From Schizochytrium sp. TIO01 (Eukaryota; Protista; Bigyra: Labyrinthulomycetes), in assembly GCA_004764695.1 (NCBI GenBank), contig SMSO01000032.1:2294001-2358000 (forward strand): a stretch of DNA of 64,000 nucleotides, written 5' to 3'. The notes under the pieces were generated by a model. That model did no database searches. It was not told the origin of the DNA and was given only the letters and a program-made list of their open reading frames with translations. A program made the position numbers and the translations under genes. Every line of letters begins with the position of its first letter. Positions within the stretch are counted from its first letter, which is position 1. Of the stretch, positions 21,893 through 33,461 are shown piece by piece.

Positions 21893-24800
21893 TCAAACCC
21901 GTGCCACATCGTCTTGCTCTTGGTTTGAAATTCTTAAAGCAGCTGCAGTCGTAAATTCTAAAGTTACATCTGAGCGGTCGCCCGAAGCAACCGCTAAAGA
22001 GTATTTGACAATCTCTGGAGAGAGTCCAAGTTTGTCAGACAGGCTACGAACGTGCTCATCAGTATACACGGTTGTACCTGTATCAAGATTCTGTACAAGA
22101 ACAGAAGATGCACGCTCCAACAATTGACAGCTCCAGTCAAAAGTATTGGGGGGCGGCAAAGGTTCGCTTGTGGAACAGAGTTTCAGCCACGGGTGTTTCA
22201 AAAGTTCTTTTGCGCTTGGTCGCTGCTCTTGGTCCGGTGCCAGAACTTTTCCAATAAAATCGTGGAAGTTTTGAGAAAACTGAACACGGCCCATAGTTGC
22301 GTAGCCAGTTCCAGCTGGAGCACGAACACGAGCTTCGCGAGGGAGAGCTGCAGCGGCATCTCCAACACGCTCAAGTAGCTTCCAGTACAGGTCACTACCA
22401 CTACCTCCGCCACCACGATCCAAAGCATGTTGAAGTTCACCCTCATCCTGCAGCGCGATTGGATAACGTCCATGGACAAGCGCTAGCAATGTAATGCCGA
22501 ATGCCCAAATATCACTTGCATGAGAGGCAGGAGCACCGCGGAGGCGCTCGGGGCTCATGTACCTAAGTGTACCTGCCACCTTTGTGCTGTCATTACTGGA
22601 ATACTTGTCATAATTTTGGCAAAGTCCAAAATCAGCAAGAGTACAACGCCCATCACGAGAAAGGAGTACATTGGCGGGCTTCACATCAAGATGAAGGAGG
22701 TTGAGTTCATCAAGAGTCGCCAGCGCCTGCAGAAGATCCTGAGCAACTTGTGCCAGGATGCTTTCATTACAGATCCCGAAAACTTCAATCATGTGGCGGT
22801 CGTCCATATGAGAGGATGGTGGCTCATTGCCAGCCAAAATCCGATGAGCAATGGATGATGATAAGACAGTGCGCAGCTTAAAGCAAACATCATCACGATC
22901 GCGAACTAGAGTAGGAGACTGCTTGAGATCGGTGAGAACATCCTCCAATGAACCACCCGACTTAAAGTCCATCACAACAGCGATCCGTTGAGCATCCTGG
23001 TCCAGAAATGCATTGTACATGTGCAAAATGTGAGAGGTCTTCGTATCTGGAGAGTGCTTACAAACCATATCTAATGCACGTACTTCACGAGTAGCAAGTG
23101 ATGAATTCAATAAGGCAATCTCTTTCACTGCAAGAAGTTGCAAGTTGCGTTTGTCCATGACAATGAAGACTGTGCCACTTACACCTGTACCAAGAACTCC
23201 GAGTCTCACAAGGTTGTCCTTCGTTGGCATGTCTTCGGTGGCTGCAAGAGCTGCCTGCCAATCTTCATCCGAGTAATTATGATTCACTTGGCCACTCATT
23301 TTATATGCTTCAGTGCCAAAGTATATTCCATCAATGACCAGGTAACCACGGCTCGTACGCAGACGAGGCCCACGATCTTCGTTTCCAGTTACGTCAAGTG
23401 CCATAGTATGCTGCAGTCTAGGTGTTTGCAATTGCTGTTCTAGCATATTATGATCTTCTTGTTGTTGATGTTGCTGCTGCCTTTGATGAGAGAAGAATGA
23501 TGACGAAGAAGCCGAAGACTCGGCGTCTTTCCCACTCCTGGTTCCACGACTTCCTGGTGTTCGGTTAAGGAGGCTACGGCCAGCGCTACTGCGTGAGCCG
23601 CGGCTACCTCCCGCAACACGAATAGGAACATGAATTTCTGATTTTTCTTCCGACGAAGAAGCTTCTCCATCGGAGCTCTCCTCACGAGCGAATGAATTCA
23701 CTTGCTCCGGAGAAGGGGGTTGGCTGAAGTGCTTCTTATCATAGGGCCGAGGTGGAGGATAAGCTACCAAACCGGTGGTGCTCATTTCCATTTCGTTTGT
23801 ATGAACTTGGCCATTTTGGACACGGAAACCAGGCATGGAGTTTGCATGCTGGGGTTGGTACTGCCAAGCGGCATTGTCTCCAGGATCAGCTTGGGAATAG
23901 TGCGTATCCATGTCAGGTTCACTCTGAGCCCCACCAAATGCTGACGGGGTTGTAACAGGCGCAGTTCTATGATAAAAGTTGCGACGCAATTTCACGCGCA
24001 TCTCATCCTCTCTATCGGGATATTGGCTCAAATGAATCATATCATACACAGTGAAGACTAAAAACGCACAAATCTCAATAGCAATGATGCCCCACAACGT
24101 ACTGCTATATCCAATTCGAGCTGAAGAGTTTGTGCCAGAAGATAACCACAACATTGCACCAATACTGATTGCAATGAGGTTTGCCTGTGTCAATGACGCA
24201 AACGCAGCATCAAAACGGTTTCGGTAGGGTTGGAAAATCTGCAATAGAAAGACAGAAATGATCACGCAGACCAGACCGAACGCAATTTGAACAAATCCTT
24301 CTTCATATGCATTTGTCTGGGCTGTTGATCCATTCCGCTCAATAGGGGAAGGACCTGGTCTCAGTGCCACTACACCAGCAATGATTGCACACTTGCGTGA
24401 GTAATCATAAACTTCAAACCAAGAGGCGCGATTAGTGTATGGTTTATGGAGAAACTCAAGCCATCTGGCCTGGTCTGCTTCCTCTGGAGTCCAGTGTGGT
24501 TTACGCAAAAGCTTTCGATTTTGGTGCAGAGGAATAACTAGGGACAGGAATCCTCCGCAAATGAAAATGGCAAGGATGAAGCCAGAGTAGACCTCCCAGC
24601 CGCGATATGTGGCTCCTTCACAATATGTTGCGTAGCTGATACGCAAAATATAGTTGTCTTCAACATTTGAGCACATGAAAGTAGCTAGGGATGACCACAG
24701 ACCAAAAGGAAAAGTAAGCAAAAGCACGAAATAAAACCACGACGCGAGGCTATCCTTCGCAGATTGATACGCTTGTGCAGGTAGCATTCGTTTAGCAAAC

Positions 24801-27800
24801 CAAACTGCCACTCCAATGCAGAAGAGCCAAAGTACACCAGGTGCTGAGTAAAACACTAGCCAACCATAGTATGCTAGGTGGACGATACATGAGAGGTTTA
24901 AGAGGCTGAGTGTACGCATACTCCCAATCAACGGCATATCATCGACCACAAAGAAAATTGCCATGCAGAGGTAAATATGCACAAAGCCCAAAGCAATGCG
25001 TGCTTTCGCTGCACCACAACGATACAAAAGTTCCCAAACTCGTCGAATGCGCTGCATCCAAAGTGAGTAAGTTGTCCGCTGCAAAATGCGAGGATGATGC
25101 GTTTCATCATTGTGTTCCAGGTCACGATGTGAACGTCTAAATCGAAGATAAACGATAGTCACATACACAAAAGGCGATGCAGCAGCACAAACAAAAATGA
25201 CGACGACAGTAACAAGTGATACCCACTGTTCCCATCGGATGGTGTTAGTACATTTTGTACAGATGTCGTTTTCTCCGACATGAGTGAATCCATAGCCAGG
25301 TTTGCAACGAGAGCAAAGGAAGCCTTCGTGGTTTGCTGCACAGTACTGACGACTGTCATTGCGAGAAGGTTCGCAATACCCATCGTTGCACTCAAATATG
25401 TTGAGTGTAAAACGGTTTGCACGCCAATACCCAGGCATGAGTTCCATATTGGCTAGAGTGGTACCAGCCTCCGTACAATTCATGACACTTTGGCAGGTTT
25501 CCACCACCACCTCACCCGTGCAGTCACTAGCGTTGACTTGATCGCAGACCTGATAGTAACCGGGCTGGGCAATACTGCAATTTTCAGAAGATGCAGCACC
25601 CTTCACAGGTGACATGGTACCCGTGGAACACAAGGCACACACCAAAAGTTCGCTTGTGCTGTACGTATCTTTAGGACATATTTCACATTGAGAGCGTCCT
25701 GTGGTCTCGTTCACAGCTTGCACCACACCCATGCCAGCAGGGCAAGCGCGGAGACTCAGATAAGCGCCGATGGTGCTAGAAAAATACTCCTTCTCGACTC
25801 CTGAATTATTTGTTGCGATACGTGCAGTGTAAACAGCGGAGTTGCTTCCTTGCAAAAGGTAGTATTTCAGGTCAACATACCCTGACTTGGGCAAAGATTT
25901 ATGATAGATGATATTTCCAGAATAGGCATCTACAAGTTCCCAATAGGCATCATCGGCAAGTGAATAAGGTACACCGTTGCTCGTGGCAAGGCGGCGCGAG
26001 ACGCTCTTGGGGAATTCCAGAAGCAAACTAGAGTCGGAATCACTTTGAATCGAGACTCCCGATGGACGCGTACCGGCCGCAGCCTGAACACCGAAGTCAG
26101 AGAACACAGAGCTCTCACCACTCGCCGTTGTCCGCACAGCAAATGCAGTGACAGATGCAACAACATCTTCGCTGGTGTATGTGTCCACAGGGATGGTGCC
26201 TTCGTATGAAGTTGTATCAGCTGACATGGGCTTGACAAAACAGCACTCCGCATCTCGTGATGTGCGTTCGGTGAGTATCATAAATCCATATTCAGCAGTG
26301 GACCAAGGCGAACCAGAAGTGGCAACTGTAGTCAGAAGGTCTTCACAACCTGAGCAGGTATCAAAGCTCTCCCAGGTAGATAATGATCCGCTGCTACGCT
26401 TTGATGGAACATCATAGCGGCTAAGGTCTGAGGCACGGACAGTCCAATCAAGAGTGAGGTTGGATTCTCCAAAGTAGAAGGTGTCAATAATTGCAAAGGA
26501 AGTAGAGTCGCGACAAGGCGAGCCTGCTATTTCAATGACGGGGATCTCCATTGAGTTGGCAACGCTCGTCTTTGGATTGGTACAAGTCCAGCTAGCATCA
26601 ACTCCACTCACTCCATAGAACATGATTTGCCAAGCGGCGGAGAGAAGCGCGCAAGTACATATCATGGAGTTCTGGGTAAAGTCGACCTTTGTCTCATAAG
26701 AAGTGTTGAGCCACCATAAATTCGGTTCTCCGATTGAAGTGCTCACGTTGACGAGGTCAATACTCGAGAAAGAGTTCTGGGAAATGTCAATGGTAAACTC
26801 ATTCGCTGGCATTGGTACATAGTAGGTACCCGTAAAGTTGTTATTGGAGAAGTTTCCGATCAAAAGTTGCGAAGAAATGGCTTCATCGATGAAACCATTC
26901 AGTGCATTATTGCTCAGGTCAAGCTCAACAAGTTGAACCAGCTCCGTAAAGGAGACAGGAACTTCACCTGTGAGACTACAATTCGACAGCTGAAGCGCTT
27001 GCAGTGTATTTGTAATATTTGTGTACGTAGACTGTACAGAGGCATTTATAATGCTCGAGAGATTTGCATTGCCAGAGGAAATATCCATGTCTTGAATACT
27101 AAGTATACTCAGAGATGGGAGAGTCATAAAAAATGATTCCAAATCGCCCTGAATCCTCGAACCTTTGAGGTTGAGAATGCTTAGGGCAGTCATATTTGAG
27201 ATGCCTAACGATGTGATGTTTAGATCCTGGGAATCAGGCAATTGAAGAGTGAATTCCCTCAGACTGGGCAGGCCTTCCATATCTGGTTCTGAAGTGGTCA
27301 GCTGGACGCTGGATATGAAGAGGTATTCAATATTGGTAAGAACGAGCGAGAGAGCGTGGAGATTAAGGGAGAAATCGACTAAATTCTGGATCTCCAAGGC
27401 CAACAAGTTTCCGAGGGCGTCTTTATTGATGGCGCGGCGAATATCAACAAGCTCGGTGAAACCTGCAACACCAACCAGGCGCAATGATTGGAGAGATGAG
27501 AGATCGTGTGCACAGTTACCAACAGTTCCAGAGTTATCCGTGGTTTCAGCACTACTGACGAGACTATATTGCCAGATCTCATCTTCGTCAATAAAGGTTG
27601 TGGAAAGGATGGAGTCGAGGATATTACAAAAGTATGGTGTGCCGGTCGTATAGATTTCAATGTCAAATGTAGAGTTTTTTGCAAATAGAATACCGGCTTG
27701 GTCGGCAGCAGATTCGATAGCATTATCTAGAGACATTTCGCAAACACTTGCTCCACTAGCGCAGCTGTCATTGCAAATCACCGAATATGAGTTTAAAGCA

Positions 27801-28141
27801 GAATCCATTGAACACGACCACGGGCCATTAGCCGCCTTTGTGAGAGCTGCCGCTACCGGTTCGACTATGGTTGTCCAGGAAGAGATTGCGACTAGAACAA
27901 CAATGACGAGCTCCATGCCAACGCTCCTCCTCGTGGTGCCATAGTTGCAGTGAGTCCATTTCATTCTGTTTGTGGTAGGCTTGCTGCGTCTCCTTCCCAT
28001 GCTTGGCATACCTTTATCCCCATGATTCCTTTTCAACGCTATTCTTTCCTTGGCTGATACTTGCTGTTGGGAATATAAATGAAGAGTCTGCTTTTCTCGC
28101 GCAATGTGTTTTGGTCGCATTTCATGGTTCATCTCCGCCAT
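21893..28141 (-). CDS. Multipass receptor kinase: signal peptide, LRRs, Cys-rich (TNFR/GCC-like) region, about 9 TM segments, STE7/MAP2K-like Ser/Thr kinase
   Basis: Single ORF of 2085 aa. It has a hydrophobic leader from ATG 27916, LRRs (LQLSNCSLTGEVP, LDLSNNALNG), Cys-rich motifs (CPAG..CEICPKDTY and PGYWR..C..GFLCSRC..GY) and a TM block. Kinase motifs are GTGVSG, AVK, HLDVKPAN, DFG, GTLRYMSPER and SDIWAFG. Confidence 0.88.
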   Translation of the reverse strand: MAEMNHEMRPKHIAREKQTLHLYSQQQVSAKERIALKRNHGDKGMPSMGRRRSKPTTNRMKWTHCNYGTTRRSVGMELVIVVLVAISSWTTIVEPVAAALTKAANGPWSCSMDSALNSYSVICNDSCASGASVCEMSLDNAIESAADQAGILFAKNSTFDIEIYTTGTPYFCNILDSILSTTFIDEDEIWQYSLVSSAETTDNSGTVGNCAHDLSSLQSLRLVGVAGFTELVDIRRAINKDALGNLLALEIQNLVDFSLNLHALSLVLTNIEYLFISSVQLTTSEPDMEGLPSLREFTLQLPDSQDLNITSLGISNMTALSILNLKGSRIQGDLESFFMTLPSLSILSIQDMDISSGNANLSSIINASVQSTYTNITNTLQALQLSNCSLTGEVPVSFTELVQLVELDLSNNALNGFIDEAISSQLLIGNFSNNNFTGTYYVPMPANEFTIDISQNSFSSIDLVNVSTSIGEPNLWWLNTSYETKVDFTQNSMICTCALLSAAWQIMFYGVSGVDASWTCTNPKTSVANSMEIPVIEIAGSPCRDSTSFAIIDTFYFGESNLTLDWTVRASDLSRYDVPSKRSSGSLSTWESFDTCSGCEDLLTTVATSGSPWSTAEYGFMILTERTSRDAECCFVKPMSADTTSYEGTIPVDTYTSEDVVASVTAFAVRTTASGESSVFSDFGVQAAAGTRPSGVSIQSDSDSSLLLEFPKSVSRRLATSNGVPYSLADDAYWELVDAYSGNIIYHKSLPKSGYVDLKYYLLQGSNSAVYTARIATNNSGVEKEYFSSTIGAYLSLRACPAGMGVVQAVNETTGRSQCEICPKDTYSTSELLVCALCSTGTMSPVKGAASSENCSIAQPGYYQVCDQVNASDCTGEVVVETCQSVMNCTEAGTTLANMELMPGYWRANRFTLNIFECNDGYCEPSRNDSRQYCAANHEGFLCSRCKPGYGFTHVGENDICTKCTNTIRWEQWVSLVTVVVIFVCAAASPFVYVTIVYLRFRRSHRDLEHNDETHHPRILQRTTYSLWMQRIRRVWELLYRCGAAKARIALGFVHIYLCMAIFFVVDDMPLIGSMRTLSLLNLSCIVHLAYYGWLVFYSAPGVLWLFCIGVAVWFAKRMLPAQAYQSAKDSLASWFYFVLLLTFPFGLWSSLATFMCSNVEDNYILRISYATYCEGATYRGWEVYSGFILAIFICGGFLSLVIPLHQNRKLLRKPHWTPEEADQARWLEFLHKPYTNRASWFEVYDYSRKCAIIAGVVALRPGPSPIERNGSTAQTNAYEEGFVQIAFGLVCVIISVFLLQIFQPYRNRFDAAFASLTQANLIAISIGAMLWLSSGTNSSARIGYSSTLWGIIAIEICAFLVFTVYDMIHLSQYPDREDEMRVKLRRNFYHRTAPVTTPSAFGGAQSEPDMDTHYSQADPGDNAAWQYQPQHANSMPGFRVQNGQVHTNEMEMSTTGLVAYPPPRPYDKKHFSQPPSPEQVNSFAREESSDGEASSSEEKSEIHVPIRVAGGSRGSRSSAGRSLLNRTPGSRGTRSGKDAESSASSSSFFSHQRQQQHQQQEDHNMLEQQLQTPRLQHTMALDVTGNEDRGPRLRTSRGYLVIDGIYFGTEAYKMSGQVNHNYSDEDWQAALAATEDMPTKDNLVRLGVLGTGVSGTVFIVMDKRNLQLLAVKEIALLNSSLATREVRALDMVCKHSPDTKTSHILHMYNAFLDQDAQRIAVVMDFKSGGSLEDVLTDLKQSPTLVRDRDDVCFKLRTVLSSSIAHRILAGNEPPSSHMDDRHMIEVFGICNESILAQVAQDLLQALATLDELNLLHLDVKPANVLLSRDGRCTLADFGLCQNYDKYSSNDSTKVAGTLRYMSPERLRGAPASHASDIWAFGITLLALVHGRYPIALQDEGELQHALDRGGGGSGSDLYWKLLERVGDAAAALPREARVRAPAGTGYATMGRVQFSQNFHDFIGKVLAPDQEQRPSAKELLKHPWLKLCSTSEPLPPPNTFDWSCQLLERASSVLVQNLDTGTTVYTDEHVRSLSDKLGLSPEIVKYSLAVASGDRSDVTLEFTTAAALRISNQEQDDVARV

Positions 28142-29060
28142 AGTTATCAATATGTGAGTTTTGGTTTCTCAAATGCGCGGCGAATCAAAGAAAAAAATGA
28201 AAAGAGCAGGTGTTCTTGAGCAGCCAGGTCTACAGAAGCCAATCTTTCGAAGCCGCTATAGTAGATCAAGGTACCTTCGAAAGAGGGACGGCCAATCAAG
28301 ATCGGCAAGGAGGCCACTCCTCTCAAACTTCGCTGACGGCCTATTTACCTGCCTACTTGCTTGTTTATTCACCTGCCCAGAAATAGCTAGCAGGAGGCGA
28401 TCACGTGCCCGATGATGTTCTCAGCCTTCCCTGCGAGTACTTTGCAGCGGCGTAGAGTTGTTGAAGTGAAGGAGTGACCGATGAAGTAGTAGAGGTTGCC
28501 CAGGGCGTGAAAACTATAGATTCTCGAAATTCCAAATTTCGAGGATCGAGTTTCCGAGCGTTTAGCCTCCGGTGAGGGACGCTTCGATATCGTAGGGGAG
28601 CGAAGTGTCCTAAGGGAGGGAGGCGGGCAAGAAGAGGCTGCGAGCAGCGGCTCGCTCTTTCTCTGCCGCGAGGGAGAAGGAGGGAGCAGGTGGGCTCGGT
28701 TCGCTTTATTTTGCGTGCGTGTCGGCTCAGCTCCTTTCTATGCTTCTTTCTTTTCTTTTCTTTCCCCAAAGCCTATTCAACAAAACAATACGAAAAACAA
28801 GTTTTTACTTTTTATTCTGTTCAACTAAAACTTCGAAGTTTTATTTTAACTTTATTCTCATTTAAAGTTCAATTTTAAGTTTAAGTTTAAGTTAATAAAC
28901 TAAAGCAAAACAAAACAAAACAAACAAAACAAGTGTCGGTCTGTCTATGCCTACTAAATAGCAATCCTGTCTGTTCAAGCGCACTTATACCACTAACTAC
29001 GATATAGAACAGATTGAAAAGAAAGAAAAAAAGAGCAGCACATTTCGGAAAGAGCCACCA

Positions 29061-29100
29061 ATTCCATGATTCCATGATTCCATGATTCTATGATTCCATG
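29061..29100 (+). repeat. (ATTCCATG)n, 5 copies
   Basis: Direct reading; one copy is variant. Confidence 0.9.
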
Positions 29101-31813
29101 CCTCGACGATTCAATGCTTCTGCTGTTTCTGCCGATGGCTTCAGATCGCTTCAGGATCTCTCTGTCGATATCTCCCTTCTAATCATCTTCACGCACACGC
29201 TCTCCAATTTGCTTGAGCTGTTGGGCACCATCGCACATTTATGATTCATCCATCCATGCCTACTTTTTCTATCAGAGCGCCATACTTTTATACAGAACGA
29301 AAAACCAAATAGAAGAGGCTTTTCCGCTTCTTTTTTTAGTTTAGAGTTTTTGTTTTCACTATTTTTGATGGACTTCTACTGCACATGCTATCGGACGAGT
29401 ATCACGTACGGTCGCGAAGCACAACAAACGAAGAAGAGCCCATTCTTACTAGCCTCTTTTTTTTTTTTTTTTTTTTTTTCTGTTTTAAATTATAAAAATT
29501 GAATATAAACAAAAATTGAATTATAAGGAAATATATACACCATATACTTCCAACTTCCTTAATATTCACGGTTGAAAAACTTGGAAATAAAAGAGCGAAA
29601 GAACATTTGTTTTCTGTCTCAAATAAAAAATAGTTAGTTGCGATGGAATCATTGATAATAAATAGATGATTCGGACTAAACCAGGAAGAAGGGAGGTAGA
29701 AAGGAAGTAAAGAGGAAAATGATGCGTTTGAGTCTGGTTAACACCTGGTTCCCTTTAACTATACGTATTGTAGACTCTGATTGGTCGAGTTCTTCTAAAA
29801 ACCACACGCTGCTATCTATCTGTTAGCAGCTGTTAGCTTCATCTGGGATGACTTGCCCCATCATACTTTGCACTACAATGGTTTTGTAGGGGTTTTCTGA
29901 ATTGGACGATCAATACCCATTACATTTCCACACAAACAAAAAACAAAAAGCAAAACAAATGAAATAAAAGGAACACGGGGCTAAATCTACTCAGGAGTGG
30001 GAATGGCAGATATGATGTAGAACAAACAGAATACACAGGTAAGTACCATTTTGCATAGCACAGTACTGATTCTGTTTTCCAAAACTCAACTCTTGAAGGC
30101 TCCAGAATGGGAAACATACCCCAATGCATAGGTACCTACTACCTACCTATCATAGGTCAGACAGTCAGAGGTCGCCGCCGCTCTCACGATTCGTACGAAA
30201 AAAAAACATGGTGAATGAAGCGCAACGATTATCATCAATTCTTGAAGCATTGGAAAACCTCGGGCCCTAGGAAACGGGCAAACAAGCAAACTCGTTCTCC
30301 GAAAGATAGCGGCACGAGATGTTCTCACGATGCCAACTGATCGCTTGTTCAGATCGATTCATCCATCCATCCATTGGATTGGATCGATTGACTGATCGCC
30401 TGATGGAATAACCTGATTGGCTGCAATCTCCACAGATCAGCGAAAGAACACGAGCAACCAAAATCCAACCTCTTCATCGCAGTAAACAATTTCCGACGGC
30501 GGCGACGACAGGTTAAGCGCGCGTCTCTTCAGCCAGTAGGCGGAGGCCCTCGGGTGGCTGCCTCCAGCTCGGGTGGCTGCCTCCAGCGCGCGTCTCTTCG
30601 CCGCCAGCCACTCGCAGCAGCCCAGCTCTATGGTTGTCTCGCCTCTCGCATCCATCACATCCGCCACCATCGCGGAAGTCCTTCCAAAGACGGAGCGCGA
30701 GCGAGCGCCTCGAAGCTAAACCCGAGACCTGCAGCTCGAGCCGCAGGCGGTGCGAGTGCCCAAGACCTCCTACGCAGGCCCATCCATTCGATTCCGGTAC
30801 ATGTAAACCAGCTTCGGACGTGGTTCTGCTCAGGTCAGAGGTTTTCTGTCTGTGTACATATATATCGAGAGCGATGAAGAAGTCATTCCTTCATTCCTTC
30901 ACTCCTTCACTCCTTCACGTACGGGTGGAGAGCAGAGCTTCGAGCACACGCGAAGAGGGAGGATGTCAGCCATCGACGGCTTTCGGACTCCTTCCTCGTA
31001 ACGTCATCGCCGCTTCTTCGTCCAAGTCCTCACAGAAGCACAGCAGCAGCAGCAGAGGCCCTCTTGAAGAACTTTAGAGCCCTCTGCAGTTCCAAAGCGC
31101 CTATCTATCTTCCTCCCTACTACCCATTACCAGATACCTCTATGTACCCTTCTACCTTCTGCTACCTATTACTACTACCAACTATCTATCTATCCACCTA
31201 TCCATCTATCTATTGGCGAATGCGCCCTCCATACCTGAACCTTCGACCGTGGGTTCCGTAACGGTCCTCTTTAGTGTTTAGGTTATGAGGGTCGCTGGCT
31301 AGGGGATGGGAAAGTCTGTCTGTGTCCCTCTCCTTTCTGGAGCTCGAAGGCCTTAAATTTATACCTTTAAAAGGACAGCACGTTCTCTTTCTCTCTCTCT
31401 TCCTCAGTCAAAGAAGTACATATACGTACATACATGATGCTTAGCTATTGAAGTTTTTTTTTTTTTTTCCAAATAAAGTAAAATAAAGTTTTTAAAAAAC
31501 CTATAATTTTAAATTTTTTTAATTTTAATTTTACATTTAAAAATCAGTAATTAATTTAAATCGAAAGTCGAAGAAACTTGAAGGTAGGTAAGATTTGTTT
31601 TCTTTGATCTTTAAAGACTAAATGAGGGGGGAAAGAGAGACAGAGGAACACTGAAGCACTAATACTGAAGAAAAACACTAAAACGCCGGAATGCGCTAAG
31701 TAAAAAAAAAAGAAGTGCATTAAGAGCGCCTCAGACAGGACAGCCAACTGAGTCCTCTCTGCGAAGGCTCCTGCGTGCGCGCGTGAGGGCAAAGAAAGAC
31801 GCCTGCCTCGCCT

Positions 31814-31875
31814 CGCATCGCATCGCAGCGCATCGCAGCGCATCGCATCGCATCGCATCGCATCGCATCGCAGCG
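31814..31875 (+). repeat. (CGCAT/CGCAG)n pentanucleotide microsatellite
   Basis: Direct reading. Confidence 0.9.
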
Positions 31876-33263
31876 CGACGCGTGCGCAAGCGCTGAGACA
31901 CAGACAGAGACAGCAGAGGCGATCAGTTCTCTTTTCTTCTCTTCTCCGCCAAGCGCCGCTCCCTTCGCTAGGAGTTGGCTACCGCCATATAGCACTTCGC
32001 TCTCTCTCTCTTTCTCTCTTTCTCTCTTTCTATTTCTATGTAAGAAGGAGTGAATGTGTTTTTAAAAGTTAAAGTGCTCGTGACTGCTTTTTGATAGTAA
32101 CCACCGCTTAGGCGACGGGTAGGAGTCGGTCACGCGACTTAGAGACATGTACACATGATGACCCGAAGTTTGAACTCCTGGAGGTGCTGGGGTTTACAGT
32201 AGATAGCCCCTAACCAATGGGCCGAAAAGGTTCTGTTTTGATTGAGAATAAAACTGAGTTATGGGTTTAATTAAAATTGAAAAACGTACCTAATGCAGAA
32301 GATACATACATATACGGTGAGCCTGAGATGATGGTTGGCGTTTTGGTTAGTGTAACTTAACTTATGGAAAGGTTTGAGGTTGAAAGCCTCAAAAGCCTGT
32401 CGCCTTTTCTGATCTGCTCTTCTTTCTCTTCCTCTTCAGGCGCTTTTAGTGCGTAGGAAAGAAGAAAGAAAGAAAGAAAGAAAAACAGAAATTAAAAAAG
32501 AATGAAAGAAGGGAGGAACTGCGGGAAAACTTGGAAATTGAAATCATGAAAACATGGGAGGAGGTGTTAGCGTAACAGATAGGTGGGGCCTAGGTGCACG
32601 GACCGGGCGTTCCAGGCGCTTCTGCGACTTGCTGACTTCCAAGCGCCTTGTTCCCTGCAGAACAGAGAGAGAAAATGGCCTCCTTTTCGAAGAGAAGAGA
32701 TGCGCCAAAAGAAAGAACACTCGAACAAAGAAAGAACACTCGAACAACCGCTCAATCTCTCTCTCCCTTTCTCTCACGCGCCGACTGACCTGCTTTCTCA
32801 AGCGCCTCCTGAGCCCAGGGCGTGTTTACAGGCAGGAAGAGCGAATTCTCCCTCTCAGACAGACAGACAGGCAGACAGGCAGACAAGCAGACAAGACCTT
32901 CGCAGCTCCAGTGGTTGTGTTCTCTTCTCAGTTTCATTTCGAGGTTATAGCGAAAGCAATTCACTTTTAAATTAAAAAATCAGGGAAAACGCATTGTCTC
33001 GGACCAATGAGAGCGTCACCGCTCAAAAGAAGATCGTAATAATAAATGATCTTTTTTCTTTTTCTTCTTCTTCTTCTTCTTCTTTTTTTCCCTCTTTTTG
33101 TACCAGAAATAGCGTTCAAAATAACATTAAAAAAACTCTAACTTCTACATTTCTGACTTGAAGTTTCGAAAATAAGATGATGGATGCCATTTCGTTTGGT
33201 GCAAATGAGCGCGGAGGGCAACGTATCTCGTAGCTGTACGTAGCGGTATAAATAAATGTGGGT

Positions 33264-33396
33264 GTATGTATGTATGTATGTATGTATGTATGTATGTATG
33301 TATGTATGTATGTATGTATGTATATTGATTGATTCATTCATTCATTCATTCATTCATTCATTCATTCAAACCGACAGAGAGGCTAAGCGCTGCTAC

Positions 33397-33461
<65 letters not shown>
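33264..33461 (+). repeat. Compound microsatellite (TATG)n-(TTCA)n-(TAG)n
   Basis: Direct reading. Confidence 0.95.

Noticed and set aside
30785-30800. TTCGATTCC as a tRNA T-loop
   Set aside because: No cloverleaf or D-arm motif surrounds it.
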